Below, piece after piece: positions 40,923-50,395 of a DNA stretch of 64,000 bases (position 1 is its first letter; each line of letters opens with the position of its first letter). Under the pieces are notes generated by a model. The model was not told the origin of the DNA. It ran no database searches and saw only the letters and a list, made by a program, of their open reading frames with translations. The position numbers and the translations under genes are program-made. The stretch spans positions 2,304,001-2,368,000 of the forward strand of contig CBDCGL010000011.1 of NCBI GenBank assembly GCA_965216755.1, read 5' to 3'. The stretch is from Alphaproteobacteria bacterium. Lineage in GTDB: Bacteria > Pseudomonadota > Alphaproteobacteria > UBA7887.

Positions 40923-41188
40923 AACGGGATCTCGTCCTTGTCGGCGTCGGTCGTCTCCGCCGTCGGCGCGCCATCGGCGCCGAGCTTGATCTTGCTGACT
41001 TTCTCTTGGGCTTGGGCGAGCTTGCTCTCACAATGTTGCTTCAGTGCGGCACCGCGCTCATAGGCCGCGATCGCATCATCCAGGCTGACCTTGCCATCTT
41101 CCAGTTGGCGCACGATCGATTCGAGCTCTTCCAGCGCGGCTTCAAAGCTCATTTTGGATATGTCCGTCGACGAATGCCGTTTGGCCAT
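40919..41188 (-). CDS. xseB: Exodeoxyribonuclease VII small subunit
   Basis: SFEAALEELESIVRQLEDG..SLDDAIAAYERG motif. Confidence 0.95.
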   Translation of the reverse strand: MAKRHSSTDISKMSFEAALEELESIVRQLEDGKVSLDDAIAAYERGAALKQHCESKLAQAQEKVSKIKLGADGAPTAETTDADKDEIPF

Positions 41189-41265
41189 GGTGACTATGCC
41201 CTCCCCGATCCGGATCTTACGAAGACCGCTCCAACCGGACAAGCACGGCCAGCCAAAAGCCCGCG

Positions 41266-41281
41266 GTTAAGGAACTGGTAA
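41266..41281. promoter_or_regulatory. Candidate CtrA-binding site
   Basis: Minus strand reads TTAC-N7-TTAAC, one mismatch to TTAA-N7-TTAAC; lies in the divergent xseB / EAL-like intergenic region. Confidence 0.4.
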
Positions 41282-41335
41282 AGCTCAACGGCCTATAAGC
41301 AGGTTTGATCGCCTTCTCGGCCCTAGAGAACAGCC

Positions 41336-42571
41336 ATGCAGCACGACCCTGGAGCGCTGAACCAGGAGCATTTCCTGGTCGAAACAGCCCGGCGGCTCAA
41401 AAATGGAGCGGCCGAACGCTGCGCTGTGTTTATCCATTTGTCCAAACTGCACCCCAGCCGCCGCCAACCGTGCCACTTGCGCATCGCCAGCGAAACGGTC
41501 AAGCCGCTCGCAGATAGACATCAAGGCCAGATCTTTGCGCTTGGTAATTTCGATCTGGTTCTGATTTTGCGCAACGCCCCACGGCAAGCGATCGACGAAA
41601 CGCTGACCAAATTGCGGCTTCTGTTTAGCCAAGATCCATTGGCTGACGGCATGCCAGGCGGTGAACCCGGGCAATTGGCGACAAGCTACGACCTCGCGCA
41701 TGACTATGGCGGTTTCGTGGCTACCGCCGAGCGCGCCTTCAAGAACGCGCAAAAAAGGGTTCACGAAGCCACGGGAACATCAGATCCGGCACAGGGTCCG
41801 ACGCCGCTCTCACTCAAAGCCCTTCCGCGCCTGGTCGACGCCATCGGCGGTGCCGATATCAGCGCCATGGTGCGCAGGCAATCGGTCTGCGTCGCCGTTG
41901 ACGCCAATATGCCGTCACCAGTCTTCCAGGAGGCACGGGTGCACATCCCGGAAATTGGGCGACAATTGATGCCGGGCGTGGATCTCGAAGCCGACCCTTG
42001 GCTCGGCCATTTGGTACGGCGCGCCGCAAACAACCGTCTGTTTGCATGGCTGATGCGGTTTGAGTTGTCGCCGGAGATGGATCCGATAAGCGTCGATTGC
42101 TCAACAGACTTGTTGCTCTCGGATGTATTCAGCAGCTTCGATACCTCGATCCCGGCCGCGACAAAAAAGAGAATATTGTTTGAACTCAGTAATTTAGATG
42201 CATTTGCGGACCTCGGCTCAATGATTTTCGCGCGCGAGATGCTGCACGCGCGCGGCTACCGCACTGTCTTGGATGGCCTGACACACAACACATTGCCCTA
42301 TATCGACCGCCATCGTTTGCCGTTTGATTTCCTCAAACTGCGATGGGGCCCGGATTTTGAGAACGATTTGCGCCAATCCGACTTTGATCTCCTCTCAGAG
42401 ACCATTGAAGCCGCCGGCACGTCGCGCGTTATCCTCTACGAATGCGAATCGGCCCGCAGCCTCGATTGCGGCCGCGAACTCGGCATCACCTTGTTCCAAG
42501 GTCCGTATATTGAATCCTTGCGGCGGCGGGCGCCGAAGGCCGCATCTCACAGCGTCGCGCATCCGGCATGA
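41336..42571 (+). CDS. Degenerate EAL-domain protein
   Basis: EAL-barrel remnants ILFELS, GYRTVLDG, DFLKL and GITLFQGPY; canonical EAL and DDFGTG motifs absent. Confidence 0.7.
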   Translation: MQHDPGALNQEHFLVETARRLKNGAAERCAVFIHLSKLHPSRRQPCHLRIASETVKPLADRHQGQIFALGNFDLVLILRNAPRQAIDETLTKLRLLFSQDPLADGMPGGEPGQLATSYDLAHDYGGFVATAERAFKNAQKRVHEATGTSDPAQGPTPLSLKALPRLVDAIGGADISAMVRRQSVCVAVDANMPSPVFQEARVHIPEIGRQLMPGVDLEADPWLGHLVRRAANNRLFAWLMRFELSPEMDPISVDCSTDLLLSDVFSSFDTSIPAATKKRILFELSNLDAFADLGSMIFAREMLHARGYRTVLDGLTHNTLPYIDRHRLPFDFLKLRWGPDFENDLRQSDFDLLSETIEAAGTSRVILYECESARSLDCGRELGITLFQGPYIESLRRRAPKAASHSVAHPA

Positions 42572-44022
42572 AAGACCACCGGATCACCGGCACGGTCACC
42601 GCCCGTATGGCGCCGCCCGTCGAGCGGGAAGATGTTCCCGAAATGCTCGATTGCCACGTCAAATGGCTCACCAACAAACGTGGCGGGGTCCGGGCTCGGT
42701 TCGGACCGACAAAGCTACACGGCATCGATTTGGCCGGCGCCGACCTGCGCAATGCAGACCTTGACCAAGCTGATCTCAGCCACGCCGATTTGACTGGCAC
42801 CGATTTGTCCTTCGCCAGTTTGGTCGGCACCAACTTGACCGGCGCGTCGCTGCGCCATGCGGTTTTGGCCAGTGCCAACCTGAACGGCGTCGACCTGGCC
42901 GACGCCGACCTCACCCGCGCCGACTTGACCGATGCAAATCTTCGCGATGGCGTCTTGGCTGGCGCCAATTTGTCGGACACCATTTCGCTTCTATCCACGG
43001 ATCTCAGCCGATCGAATTTGCGCGGCGCCACGCTTGTTGACGCCAAGCTGACCCATGCCGATTTCACCCACGCCGATTTGAGTCAATGCGATCTGACCCG
43101 CGCCAATTTGACCGGTGCCAGCCTCGACCATTGCAAGCTCGTCGACGCACGCCTGACGGCGGCGGATCTGAGCGGCGCCAGCTTGCGCGCCGCGAACCTG
43201 AACGGCGCCAGCCTTCGGAGCACAAAGCTCACCGGTACAAATCTGGACGGCGCGGAACTCGCGGGTGCGGATATCAGCGAACCGAAACCGGTGTCAAAAC
43301 GTGAACTTGCCAAAATCGTCGAGGCCCATGGCCGCTGGCTGGCCCAGCAAGGTGGCGCCCGCGCCGTGCTCGCCGGCCGTGACCTGAGCGGCCAGGAACT
43401 GACGGGCATCAATCTCAGCGGCGCGGACCTGTCTGACGCCAAGCTTGACGACGCGGATCTGCGCGGCGCGTTTCTGATCCTCAGCGACCTGCGCGGCGCC
43501 AATTTGAGCCGAACAAATCTGGAAAATGCCCATATCGGCGGCGCGCGTCTGAGCCACAGCTCGCTGCAGGCAGCCAAATTGGATGGCGCCGACCTCGGCC
43601 CGGTGGAACTGGTGGGCGAATTCGCCGATGCAGGCGCCGGCAAGCGCGCGGCCAATCTGAAGGAATGCGATCTCAGCGGCGTCAGCGCACTAGGGACGAA
43701 CTTTGCTGGCGCCAATCTGTCTTATGCGAAACTGACCCGCGCAGATTTGAACAACGCCAACTTGGGGCGAACAAACTTGGTCGGCACCAATCTGGATCAA
43801 GCCAAATTAGACGGCGCCGACCTCACGGCGGCCATAATGATCGGTGCCAATTTCGCCACCGCAAGCTTGGTCGGCGCGGTCCTTGATCGCGCCAATCTCA
43901 CCGGCGCCGACCTTGGCACCGCCAATTTTGAAGGCGCCAAAATCGCCAAAATCGTGCCTAGCGCAGCGGGCGACGATATCACCAAGAAAAACGCCCCACA
44001 GCGCGGCCGCTCGTCAGTCTAG
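42568..44022 (+). CDS. Pentapeptide repeat protein
   Basis: Long A(D/N)Lxx repeat arrays in two modules; ATGA overlap with the upstream gene. Confidence 0.92.
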   Translation: MKDHRITGTVTARMAPPVEREDVPEMLDCHVKWLTNKRGGVRARFGPTKLHGIDLAGADLRNADLDQADLSHADLTGTDLSFASLVGTNLTGASLRHAVLASANLNGVDLADADLTRADLTDANLRDGVLAGANLSDTISLLSTDLSRSNLRGATLVDAKLTHADFTHADLSQCDLTRANLTGASLDHCKLVDARLTAADLSGASLRAANLNGASLRSTKLTGTNLDGAELAGADISEPKPVSKRELAKIVEAHGRWLAQQGGARAVLAGRDLSGQELTGINLSGADLSDAKLDDADLRGAFLILSDLRGANLSRTNLENAHIGGARLSHSSLQAAKLDGADLGPVELVGEFADAGAGKRAANLKECDLSGVSALGTNFAGANLSYAKLTRADLNNANLGRTNLVGTNLDQAKLDGADLTAAIMIGANFATASLVGAVLDRANLTGADLGTANFEGAKIAKIVPSAAGDDITKKNAPQRGRSSV

Positions 44023-44843
44023 GCGGCCACCCATCCGTCCGGGCTCTGGCACACAAACAAATCTTCCTCTTTTGTGCTGCCATCGGGCAGTTTGACGATT
44101 TGCCGTATTGTCCGACACTTCTTGGTGCTGGAGACCGGTGCTTGGATCACCTCGCCTTCGGGTTTCGCAGACGCTGTTTTAGTGTCTATATCATCGACCG
44201 AAACCGGTTCTAGCAAGCTCGTGTGGACATATCCCGTGACAACGCCGCCTTGGCTGATCAGATACCACGGTTGGTCCGTCACTTTCCCGGCAACCTGCAC
44301 CTGCTGGCCCCGGCTGAGCTGCCCAACGGTCTTGTAATCGGTCGCGGGGCCACTCCGCACATTGACCGTGGCGCCTGTCGCGCGATAGGGCGCGCCGATC
44401 AGTTCGATCGGCGGAATCAACGCCACATTCTGCTTGGCCACTGGCATTTGCACGGTTTCTTGGCGTGTCGAATTGTCGACCACTTCGGCGCGCCCGGATA
44501 CGTCGGCATCGGGATTGCGCCAAGTCTGGGTTTGCCCGGTGACCGCCGCGGTTTGCGCCGCCTCGGCCGCGCGCTTCTGATCTTGCGCATCCAGATAACC
44601 ACCGATCTGATAGCCGACCCAGGCGCCTACAGCGGCGCCGGCGACCCCGGCGATCAACCGGACCGTGTTCGATTCACCGATCTGCGCGCCAAGCAGACCA
44701 CCGGCGACGCCGCCGACCACGGCACCCACGGTCGCCTTGTCAACCTCACCCAAACCGCCACCTTGTTGACAAGCTTGCAGAGCCAGCACCAAGGCCAGTG
44801 CCGTGCCAATGCGCCAATGACGCCGATCCCACTGCTGCAACAT
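44019..44843 (-). CDS. Lipoprotein with glycine zipper and bacterial SH3 domain
   Basis: Lipobox LQA-C, Gly zipper, WRNPD, VNVRSGP...GYV, CQSPDGW; GGGAGGA RBS. Confidence 0.88.
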   Translation of the reverse strand: MLQQWDRRHWRIGTALALVLALQACQQGGGLGEVDKATVGAVVGGVAGGLLGAQIGESNTVRLIAGVAGAAVGAWVGYQIGGYLDAQDQKRAAEAAQTAAVTGQTQTWRNPDADVSGRAEVVDNSTRQETVQMPVAKQNVALIPPIELIGAPYRATGATVNVRSGPATDYKTVGQLSRGQQVQVAGKVTDQPWYLISQGGVVTGYVHTSLLEPVSVDDIDTKTASAKPEGEVIQAPVSSTKKCRTIRQIVKLPDGSTKEEDLFVCQSPDGWVAA

Positions 44844-44873
44844 CAAGGTTCCTCCCAAATCGATGACGCCGGG

Positions 44874-45800
44874 CTATGCGGCCATAAGCGCCGCCACGTG
44901 CGCGGTTACCGAATGTGCGAGCGCCACCAGGTCATAGCCGCCCTCCAGCGTCGAAACGACGCGGCCGCCGCACACGGCCTCACTGATAGCGACGATCTCG
45001 CCGGTCAGCCAGCCAAAATCGTCTTCATGGAGCATCAATTGGGCCAAGGGGTCGGCGCGATGGCCATCAAAACCGGCTGAAATCAGGATCAACTCGGGCT
45101 CGAAATCCCGTAGGCGCGGTAAGCCGGCCTCGCGCCACACGGCGCGGAACGTCGCGCCGCCCGACATTGGCGACAACGGCATATTGACGATATTGCCAAG
45201 GCCGGTTTCTTCCGCCGCACCCGTGCCAGGATACAGCGGCATCTGATGGCTGCTGGCGAGCAACACGTTGGATTCCTCGGCGAAAATCGCCTGTGTGCCA
45301 TTGCCATGGTGAACATCGAAATCGACAATTGCGACACGGTTGACGCCGTGCGCGGCGCGGGCGTGAGCTGCGCCAATCGCGACGTTGTTGAACAGACAAA
45401 AGCCCATGGCGCGCGCCGGCTCAGCGTGATGGCCCGGCGGTCGGACGGCGCAAAACGCGCGCCGGTGCGTGCCCGTGATGGCACCGTCCACGGCCGCACA
45501 CAGAGCGCCCGCCGCCCGCAATGCTGCCTCGCCTGATCCGGCTGACACAATCGTATCGGAATCCAAGTTAAATCGACCGCTCTCGGGAATGTGATCAAGC
45601 AATCGCGTCCCATAGCCGGCGGCATGGACGCGATCAATCTGCTCCAACGTCGCGGGCGGGGCGTTTAGCCGATCCAAGCCTTCGAATCGGGCGTCTTGAA
45701 GGGCCTGACGCACGGCGTGCAGCCGCCGAGGGCTTTCCGGGTGGTGTTCACCCGGGTCGTGGCGCTCACAAGCAGGATGGCTGTACACCGCGGTCACCAT
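44874..45800 (-). CDS. Histone deacetylase-like Zn amidohydrolase
   Basis: HPESPRR, RPPGHHA, GFCLFNN, DFDVHHGNGT, SAGFD and LEGGY motifs. Confidence 0.95.
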   Translation of the reverse strand: MVTAVYSHPACERHDPGEHHPESPRRLHAVRQALQDARFEGLDRLNAPPATLEQIDRVHAAGYGTRLLDHIPESGRFNLDSDTIVSAGSGEAALRAAGALCAAVDGAITGTHRRAFCAVRPPGHHAEPARAMGFCLFNNVAIGAAHARAAHGVNRVAIVDFDVHHGNGTQAIFAEESNVLLASSHQMPLYPGTGAAEETGLGNIVNMPLSPMSGGATFRAVWREAGLPRLRDFEPELILISAGFDGHRADPLAQLMLHEDDFGWLTGEIVAISEAVCGGRVVSTLEGGYDLVALAHSVTAHVAALMAA

Positions 45801-45932
45801 TAACGTCGCCCCCTCTCGTCTCGGCCCCAACCATGCTATACGCGCGGCCAGCGGTTGCAAGCAAAGCGCTTGCGGCATCTGTGACTTATTCAATAACTTG
45901 CGCAATCAAAAAATAGATGAGGAGCGCCTCAC

Positions 45933-47102
45933 GTGGGCCGTCATATTGTTTCGCTGGCTGGGCAGATAGTCGCGGTGGTGGTTATCGGCATCGCGCTTTA
46001 CTATGGCTGGCAAAATCGCGCAGAACTGCCGCTGGTTGGTGGCTGGTTCGGCGATGCACAGACGGCCGCAGCAGACGGCCCGGCGCGCCCGCCGACGCCC
46101 GTTGACGTGGCGCTCGCCAAGGCGGGCTCGGTGATCGTGACCGTGGAGGCGGTCGGCACGGCCCGCGCCAACGAAGCTGTGACCGTTTCGTCTGAGGTCA
46201 TGGGCATCATTGCCGAGGTGCGCTTTGAAGAAGGCCAAGATGTCGAAGCCGGCGATGTCTTGATTGATTTTGAATCGAGCGTCGAGCGCGCCGAAGTCGA
46301 AGTCCGTCAGGCGGAAGTCGCGGTGCGAAGTGCTGAATTGCAGAACGCCCAGCAATTGTTCGACCGCGCGCGCCAACTGATCGAGACCCAAAATGTACCG
46401 ATGGCGCGCGTTGACGAGCTGGAGGCGGGATTGCAGGCCGCGAAGGCCGCCTTGCGTTCGTCGGAAGCGTCGCTAAAGGCGGCACGTGCGCGCCTGATCA
46501 AGCAACGGGTTGTGGCACCATTCGGCGGCCGTCTTGGCATTCGCCATGTCAGTCAGGGCGCCTTGATCGAACCGGGCGATCCAATCGTTACATTGGACGA
46601 CATCGCGACCGTCAAACTGGATTTCCAGATCCCCGAAAGAAATATAGCCAACATCCGCGTCGGCCAGGAAATCAGCGCGCAATCGCAGGCCTATCCCGGC
46701 AAGGTGTTCTTTGGCGTCGTAAAGTCCATCGATACCCGCGTCGACCCGGTGACCCGGGCCGTGACCGTGCGTGCCGGCATCGATAATCAAGACGACTTGC
46801 TGAAGCCGGGAATGTTCTTGTTGGTCGAGTTGGGTGTAGATACGCGACACGAGGCGGTACTGATCCCTGAAGAAGCGATTGTCGCCGATGGTACGGTCCG
46901 TTTCGTCTATGTGGTGGCCGATGGCGCCGCAATTCGAAAACCGGTGACCTTGGGCCAGCGCCAACCCGGCGAAGTCGAGGTTTTGTCTGGTGTCGCGGCC
47001 GGCGACCAAGTCATCATCGGCGGCATTCAAAAAGTGCGCGACGGTGCACCGGTGGCGGCGCGTACCGCGACCGCGGATCAAGAGGACGATTCGACAAGTT
47101 AG
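45933..47102 (+). CDS. RND efflux periplasmic adaptor (MFP)
   Basis: N-terminal TM, lipoyl halves, coiled hairpin, APFGG, LKPGM. Confidence 0.93.
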   Translation: MGRHIVSLAGQIVAVVVIGIALYYGWQNRAELPLVGGWFGDAQTAAADGPARPPTPVDVALAKAGSVIVTVEAVGTARANEAVTVSSEVMGIIAEVRFEEGQDVEAGDVLIDFESSVERAEVEVRQAEVAVRSAELQNAQQLFDRARQLIETQNVPMARVDELEAGLQAAKAALRSSEASLKAARARLIKQRVVAPFGGRLGIRHVSQGALIEPGDPIVTLDDIATVKLDFQIPERNIANIRVGQEISAQSQAYPGKVFFGVVKSIDTRVDPVTRAVTVRAGIDNQDDLLKPGMFLLVELGVDTRHEAVLIPEEAIVADGTVRFVYVVADGAAIRKPVTLGQRQPGEVEVLSGVAAGDQVIIGGIQKVRDGAPVAARTATADQEDDSTS

Positions 47103-47118
47103 TGTCTTTAGAATTCCA

Positions 47119-47199
47119 GTGACAGTTTACTAAATACACTGCACTTCGTATGGCCCTTCTCAAGAACCGCTTGATATTGCGTATTTAGTAAACTGTCAC
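47119..47199. repeat. REPIN-like element, copy 3
   Basis: Perfect 19-bp inverted arms GTGACAGTTTACTAAATAC / GTATTTAGTAAACTGTCAC with a 43-nt spacer, between the MFP and RND genes. Confidence 0.9.
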
Positions 47200-47229
47200 C
47201 AGATTGGATTTTGAGGTAAGATTGGCACC

Positions 47230-50200
47230 ATGGTGCTCTCGGACGTATCGATCAAGCGGCCCGTCTTTGCGACGGTTTTGAGTCTGATCTTGGTGATTTT
47301 TGGCCTGTTCGCGTTTCAACGGCTGGCTATTCGCGAATATCCGGACATCGATCCGCCGACCGTATCCGTCGTCACCCTGTACAAGGGGGCGTCGGCGCAG
47401 ATTATCGAAACTCAAGTAACTCAGATCCTTGAGGAAGCGGTCTCGGGCATCGAAGGCGTCAAGCAAATTACGTCGAAAAGCCGCGAAGAGCGGTCGCAAG
47501 TCGATATCGAATTTGTCCTTAATCGTGATGTTGACAGTGCCGCCAACGATGTTCGCGACAAAGTGGCGCGGGTGGTCGGCGAACTGCCGTTGGACGTGGA
47601 AACGCCAATCGTGTCCAAGGTCCAAGCCGATGCCAGCCCGATGTTGTGGATCGCGCTGACCAGCGATGAATGGAACGCCATAGAGCTCAGCGATTACGCT
47701 GATCGGTTTTTGCTCGATCGGTTTTCCATCGTGCCGGGCGTCGCCGCCGCGATCATAGGCGGCGAACGAAAACCGGCCATGCGCATATGGCTGGACCGCC
47801 GGGCGATGGCGGCGCGCGAAATCACCGTCGGCGATATTGAAGCCGCGTTGAGAGCGCAAAATGTCGAGCTGCCCTCGGGACGTATCGAATCGAACCTACG
47901 CGAATTCACGGTGCGCACTGAATCCGGCCTGGTCACGGCGGATGAATTTCGCAATGTGGTGGTCAAGGAAAAGGATGGCTTCCTGCTGCGGCTTGGCGAG
48001 GTGGCGGAGGTCGAGTACGGCACCGAGGAACTGCGCTATGAAGTGCGTGCCAACGGCGAAGCCGCCATCGGTATCGGTATCGCCAAGCAATCGAAAGCCA
48101 ACGAACTGGAGATTGCTCAGGGCATTCACGCGGAAATCGCAAAGGTACGCCCGTCCCTGCCACGCCAGGTCAAAATGGAAGTGGCCTACGACCGGTCGCG
48201 GTTCGTGTCGGCGTCAATCGACGAGGTGTTCCACGCCTTGGGCATTGCATTGTGCCTGGTGATCGCGGTCATCTTTCTGTTCTTGCGCGGCTTGCGCGCA
48301 ACATTGATACCCGCTGTCGCGATCCCGGTGTCGTTGACCGCCTCGTTCATGGTGCTCGCGGCGATGGGCTACTCGATCAATGTGCTGACCTTGCTGGCCT
48401 ATGTGCTGGCGGTCGGCCTGGTCGTCGACGATGCCATCGTTGTATTGGAAAACATCCATCGTCGGATCGAGCTTGGCGAGCCCGTGTTGCTGGCCGCGGT
48501 TCGCGGCGCGCGGCAAATCGGCTTCGCGGTGATCGCGACGACTTTGGCCCTGGTCGCGGTGTTTATCCCGATTTCTTTGATGACCGGCAATACGGGACGA
48601 CTGTTTTCCGAATTCGGCGTTTCCGTTGCCGCCGCGGTAATTTTCTCAGGGCTGGTGGCGCTCACCCTGACGCCGATGATGTGTTCCAAGCTGCTACGCC
48701 CGGCGGAGAACGAAGGCGCCTTCTACAAGGTGACGGAATATTTCTTTGTTGCGCTCAACCGTGGTTATGGCTGGCTTCTCGACCGCGCCTTGTCGCTGCC
48801 GGTGATTATGATCGCGCTCGCCGTCGGCGTGTCGCTGATCGCCAAAGTCTTCTACGACAATATCAATCAGGAGTTTGCGCCGACCGAAGATCGGGGCGTG
48901 TTCCTGGTCGTGCTGAGCGCGCCAGAAGGGGCGACGATCGACTACACCCGCGCCTATCTGATCGAAGCCGAGCAAAAGATGCAGTATTTGCTCGATAGCG
49001 AAGAAGCCACGACCATTTTTGGCGTTGTCGCCCCGGGGTTAAGCCGGCCGAGCCCGGTCAATTTCGCCATCGCCTTTGTCGTTTTGTCGCCATGGGAAGA
49101 GCGCGAGCGCAAACAACAACAGATCGTCGCCGAGTTGTTCCCGCAACTGCTTGGCATTCCAGGCGCCAACGTGTTTGCCATCAACCCGCCCAGTCTGAAC
49201 CAACCGGGCCGCAAGACGCCGGTGCAATTTGTCCTTGGCGGTCCCAGCTATGACATGCTGCGCGACTGGAGTCAGACGATTCTGGAAGGCGCCAGGGAAA
49301 ACCCGAAGCTGCTGAGCCCGGACTCCGATTTCAAGGAAACCAAACCCGAACTTAAGGTTGATATCGATCGCGACCGTGCCGCCGATCTGGGCGTTTCAGT
49401 CCAGAAAATTGGACGGGCCCTGGAAGCGATGCTCGGGTCGCGTGTTGTCGGGACCTTGAACGACCGCGGCGTACAATATGACGTAATCTTGCAGGCCATC
49501 GTGACCGATCGTGCAACGCCACGCGATCTGACCAACATTTATGAGCGTTCAGAGACCAGCGGCCGGCTGGTACCGCTGAGCAATTTGGTCAACGTGACCG
49601 AAACCGCCGGGCCAAAGGAACTCAATCGCGTCGACCGCATGCGCGCCGTCACCATTTCCGCGTCACTTGCGCCCGGACATACCTTGGGCGAAGCGCTGGC
49701 TTATTTGGACAATCTGGCAAAAACCCGCCTGCCGGCCGAAGCGCGCATCAGCTATGGCGGTCAATCGCGAGAATTTCGCGATTCCTCCAGCTCGTTGGCG
49801 CTGACATTCCTGTTGGCGGTGGTCATTATTTTCTTGGTCTTGGGCGCCCAATTTGAAAGCTTTGTGCACCCGTTCATCATTCTCTTGTCGGTGCCGTTGG
49901 CAGTGACCGGGGCGCTCGGCACCTTGCTGCTGACCGGGATCACCCTCAACATCTACAGCCAAATCGGTATGGTGATGCTGATCGGATTGGTGGCGAAGAA
50001 TGCAATTCTGATTGTCGAATTTGCAAACCAATTGCGCGAGCAAGGATTCTCGGTACGCGAAGCGGTGCACAAATCAGCGGTGGCGCGATTGCGGCCGATT
50101 TTGATGACGACGATCGCCACCGTCTTTGGCGCCGTGCCAATCGCCCTTGCGACCGGCGCCGGCGCCGAGAGCCGGTCGTCGATCGGTTGGGTGATCATCG

Positions 50201-50367
50201 GTGGCGTGACCTTTTCGACCGTGTTGTCGCTGTTCGTGGTGCCGGTGCTCTATATGCTTCTGGCGCGATTCACCAAGCCATCCAGTTTTGTCGCCGACCG
50301 CTTGCGGACCCTGGAATCCGAACACGGTACCGCGCCCGGGGAAGCCGCGCCGGCACCAGCAGAGTGA
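47230..50367 (+). CDS. RND efflux permease (AcrB/AcrD/AcrF family)
   Basis: IKRPVFA, REYPDID, GLVVDDAIVVLEN, KNAILIVEF and RLRPILMT motifs. Confidence 0.96.
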   Translation: MVLSDVSIKRPVFATVLSLILVIFGLFAFQRLAIREYPDIDPPTVSVVTLYKGASAQIIETQVTQILEEAVSGIEGVKQITSKSREERSQVDIEFVLNRDVDSAANDVRDKVARVVGELPLDVETPIVSKVQADASPMLWIALTSDEWNAIELSDYADRFLLDRFSIVPGVAAAIIGGERKPAMRIWLDRRAMAAREITVGDIEAALRAQNVELPSGRIESNLREFTVRTESGLVTADEFRNVVVKEKDGFLLRLGEVAEVEYGTEELRYEVRANGEAAIGIGIAKQSKANELEIAQGIHAEIAKVRPSLPRQVKMEVAYDRSRFVSASIDEVFHALGIALCLVIAVIFLFLRGLRATLIPAVAIPVSLTASFMVLAAMGYSINVLTLLAYVLAVGLVVDDAIVVLENIHRRIELGEPVLLAAVRGARQIGFAVIATTLALVAVFIPISLMTGNTGRLFSEFGVSVAAAVIFSGLVALTLTPMMCSKLLRPAENEGAFYKVTEYFFVALNRGYGWLLDRALSLPVIMIALAVGVSLIAKVFYDNINQEFAPTEDRGVFLVVLSAPEGATIDYTRAYLIEAEQKMQYLLDSEEATTIFGVVAPGLSRPSPVNFAIAFVVLSPWEERERKQQQIVAELFPQLLGIPGANVFAINPPSLNQPGRKTPVQFVLGGPSYDMLRDWSQTILEGARENPKLLSPDSDFKETKPELKVDIDRDRAADLGVSVQKIGRALEAMLGSRVVGTLNDRGVQYDVILQAIVTDRATPRDLTNIYERSETSGRLVPLSNLVNVTETAGPKELNRVDRMRAVTISASLAPGHTLGEALAYLDNLAKTRLPAEARISYGGQSREFRDSSSSLALTFLLAVVIIFLVLGAQFESFVHPFIILLSVPLAVTGALGTLLLTGITLNIYSQIGMVMLIGLVAKNAILIVEFANQLREQGFSVREAVHKSAVARLRPILMTTIATVFGAVPIALATGAGAESRSSIGWVIIGGVTFSTVLSLFVVPVLYMLLARFTKPSSFVADRLRTLESEHGTAPGEAAPAPAE

Positions 50368-50395
50368 CGCGCAAGTCGAACGCGATGAGTGACCG

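Noticed and set aside
42568-44022. Qnr/MfpA-type quinolone resistance gene
   Set aside because: It is about twice the size, has two capped modules and lacks a mobile context; pentapeptide repeats alone do not indicate resistance.
16736-47199. CRISPR interpretation of conserved repeats with unique 42-43 nt spacers
   Set aside because: The repeats are inverted pairs dispersed over 30 kb, not direct tandem arrays, and no cas genes are present.
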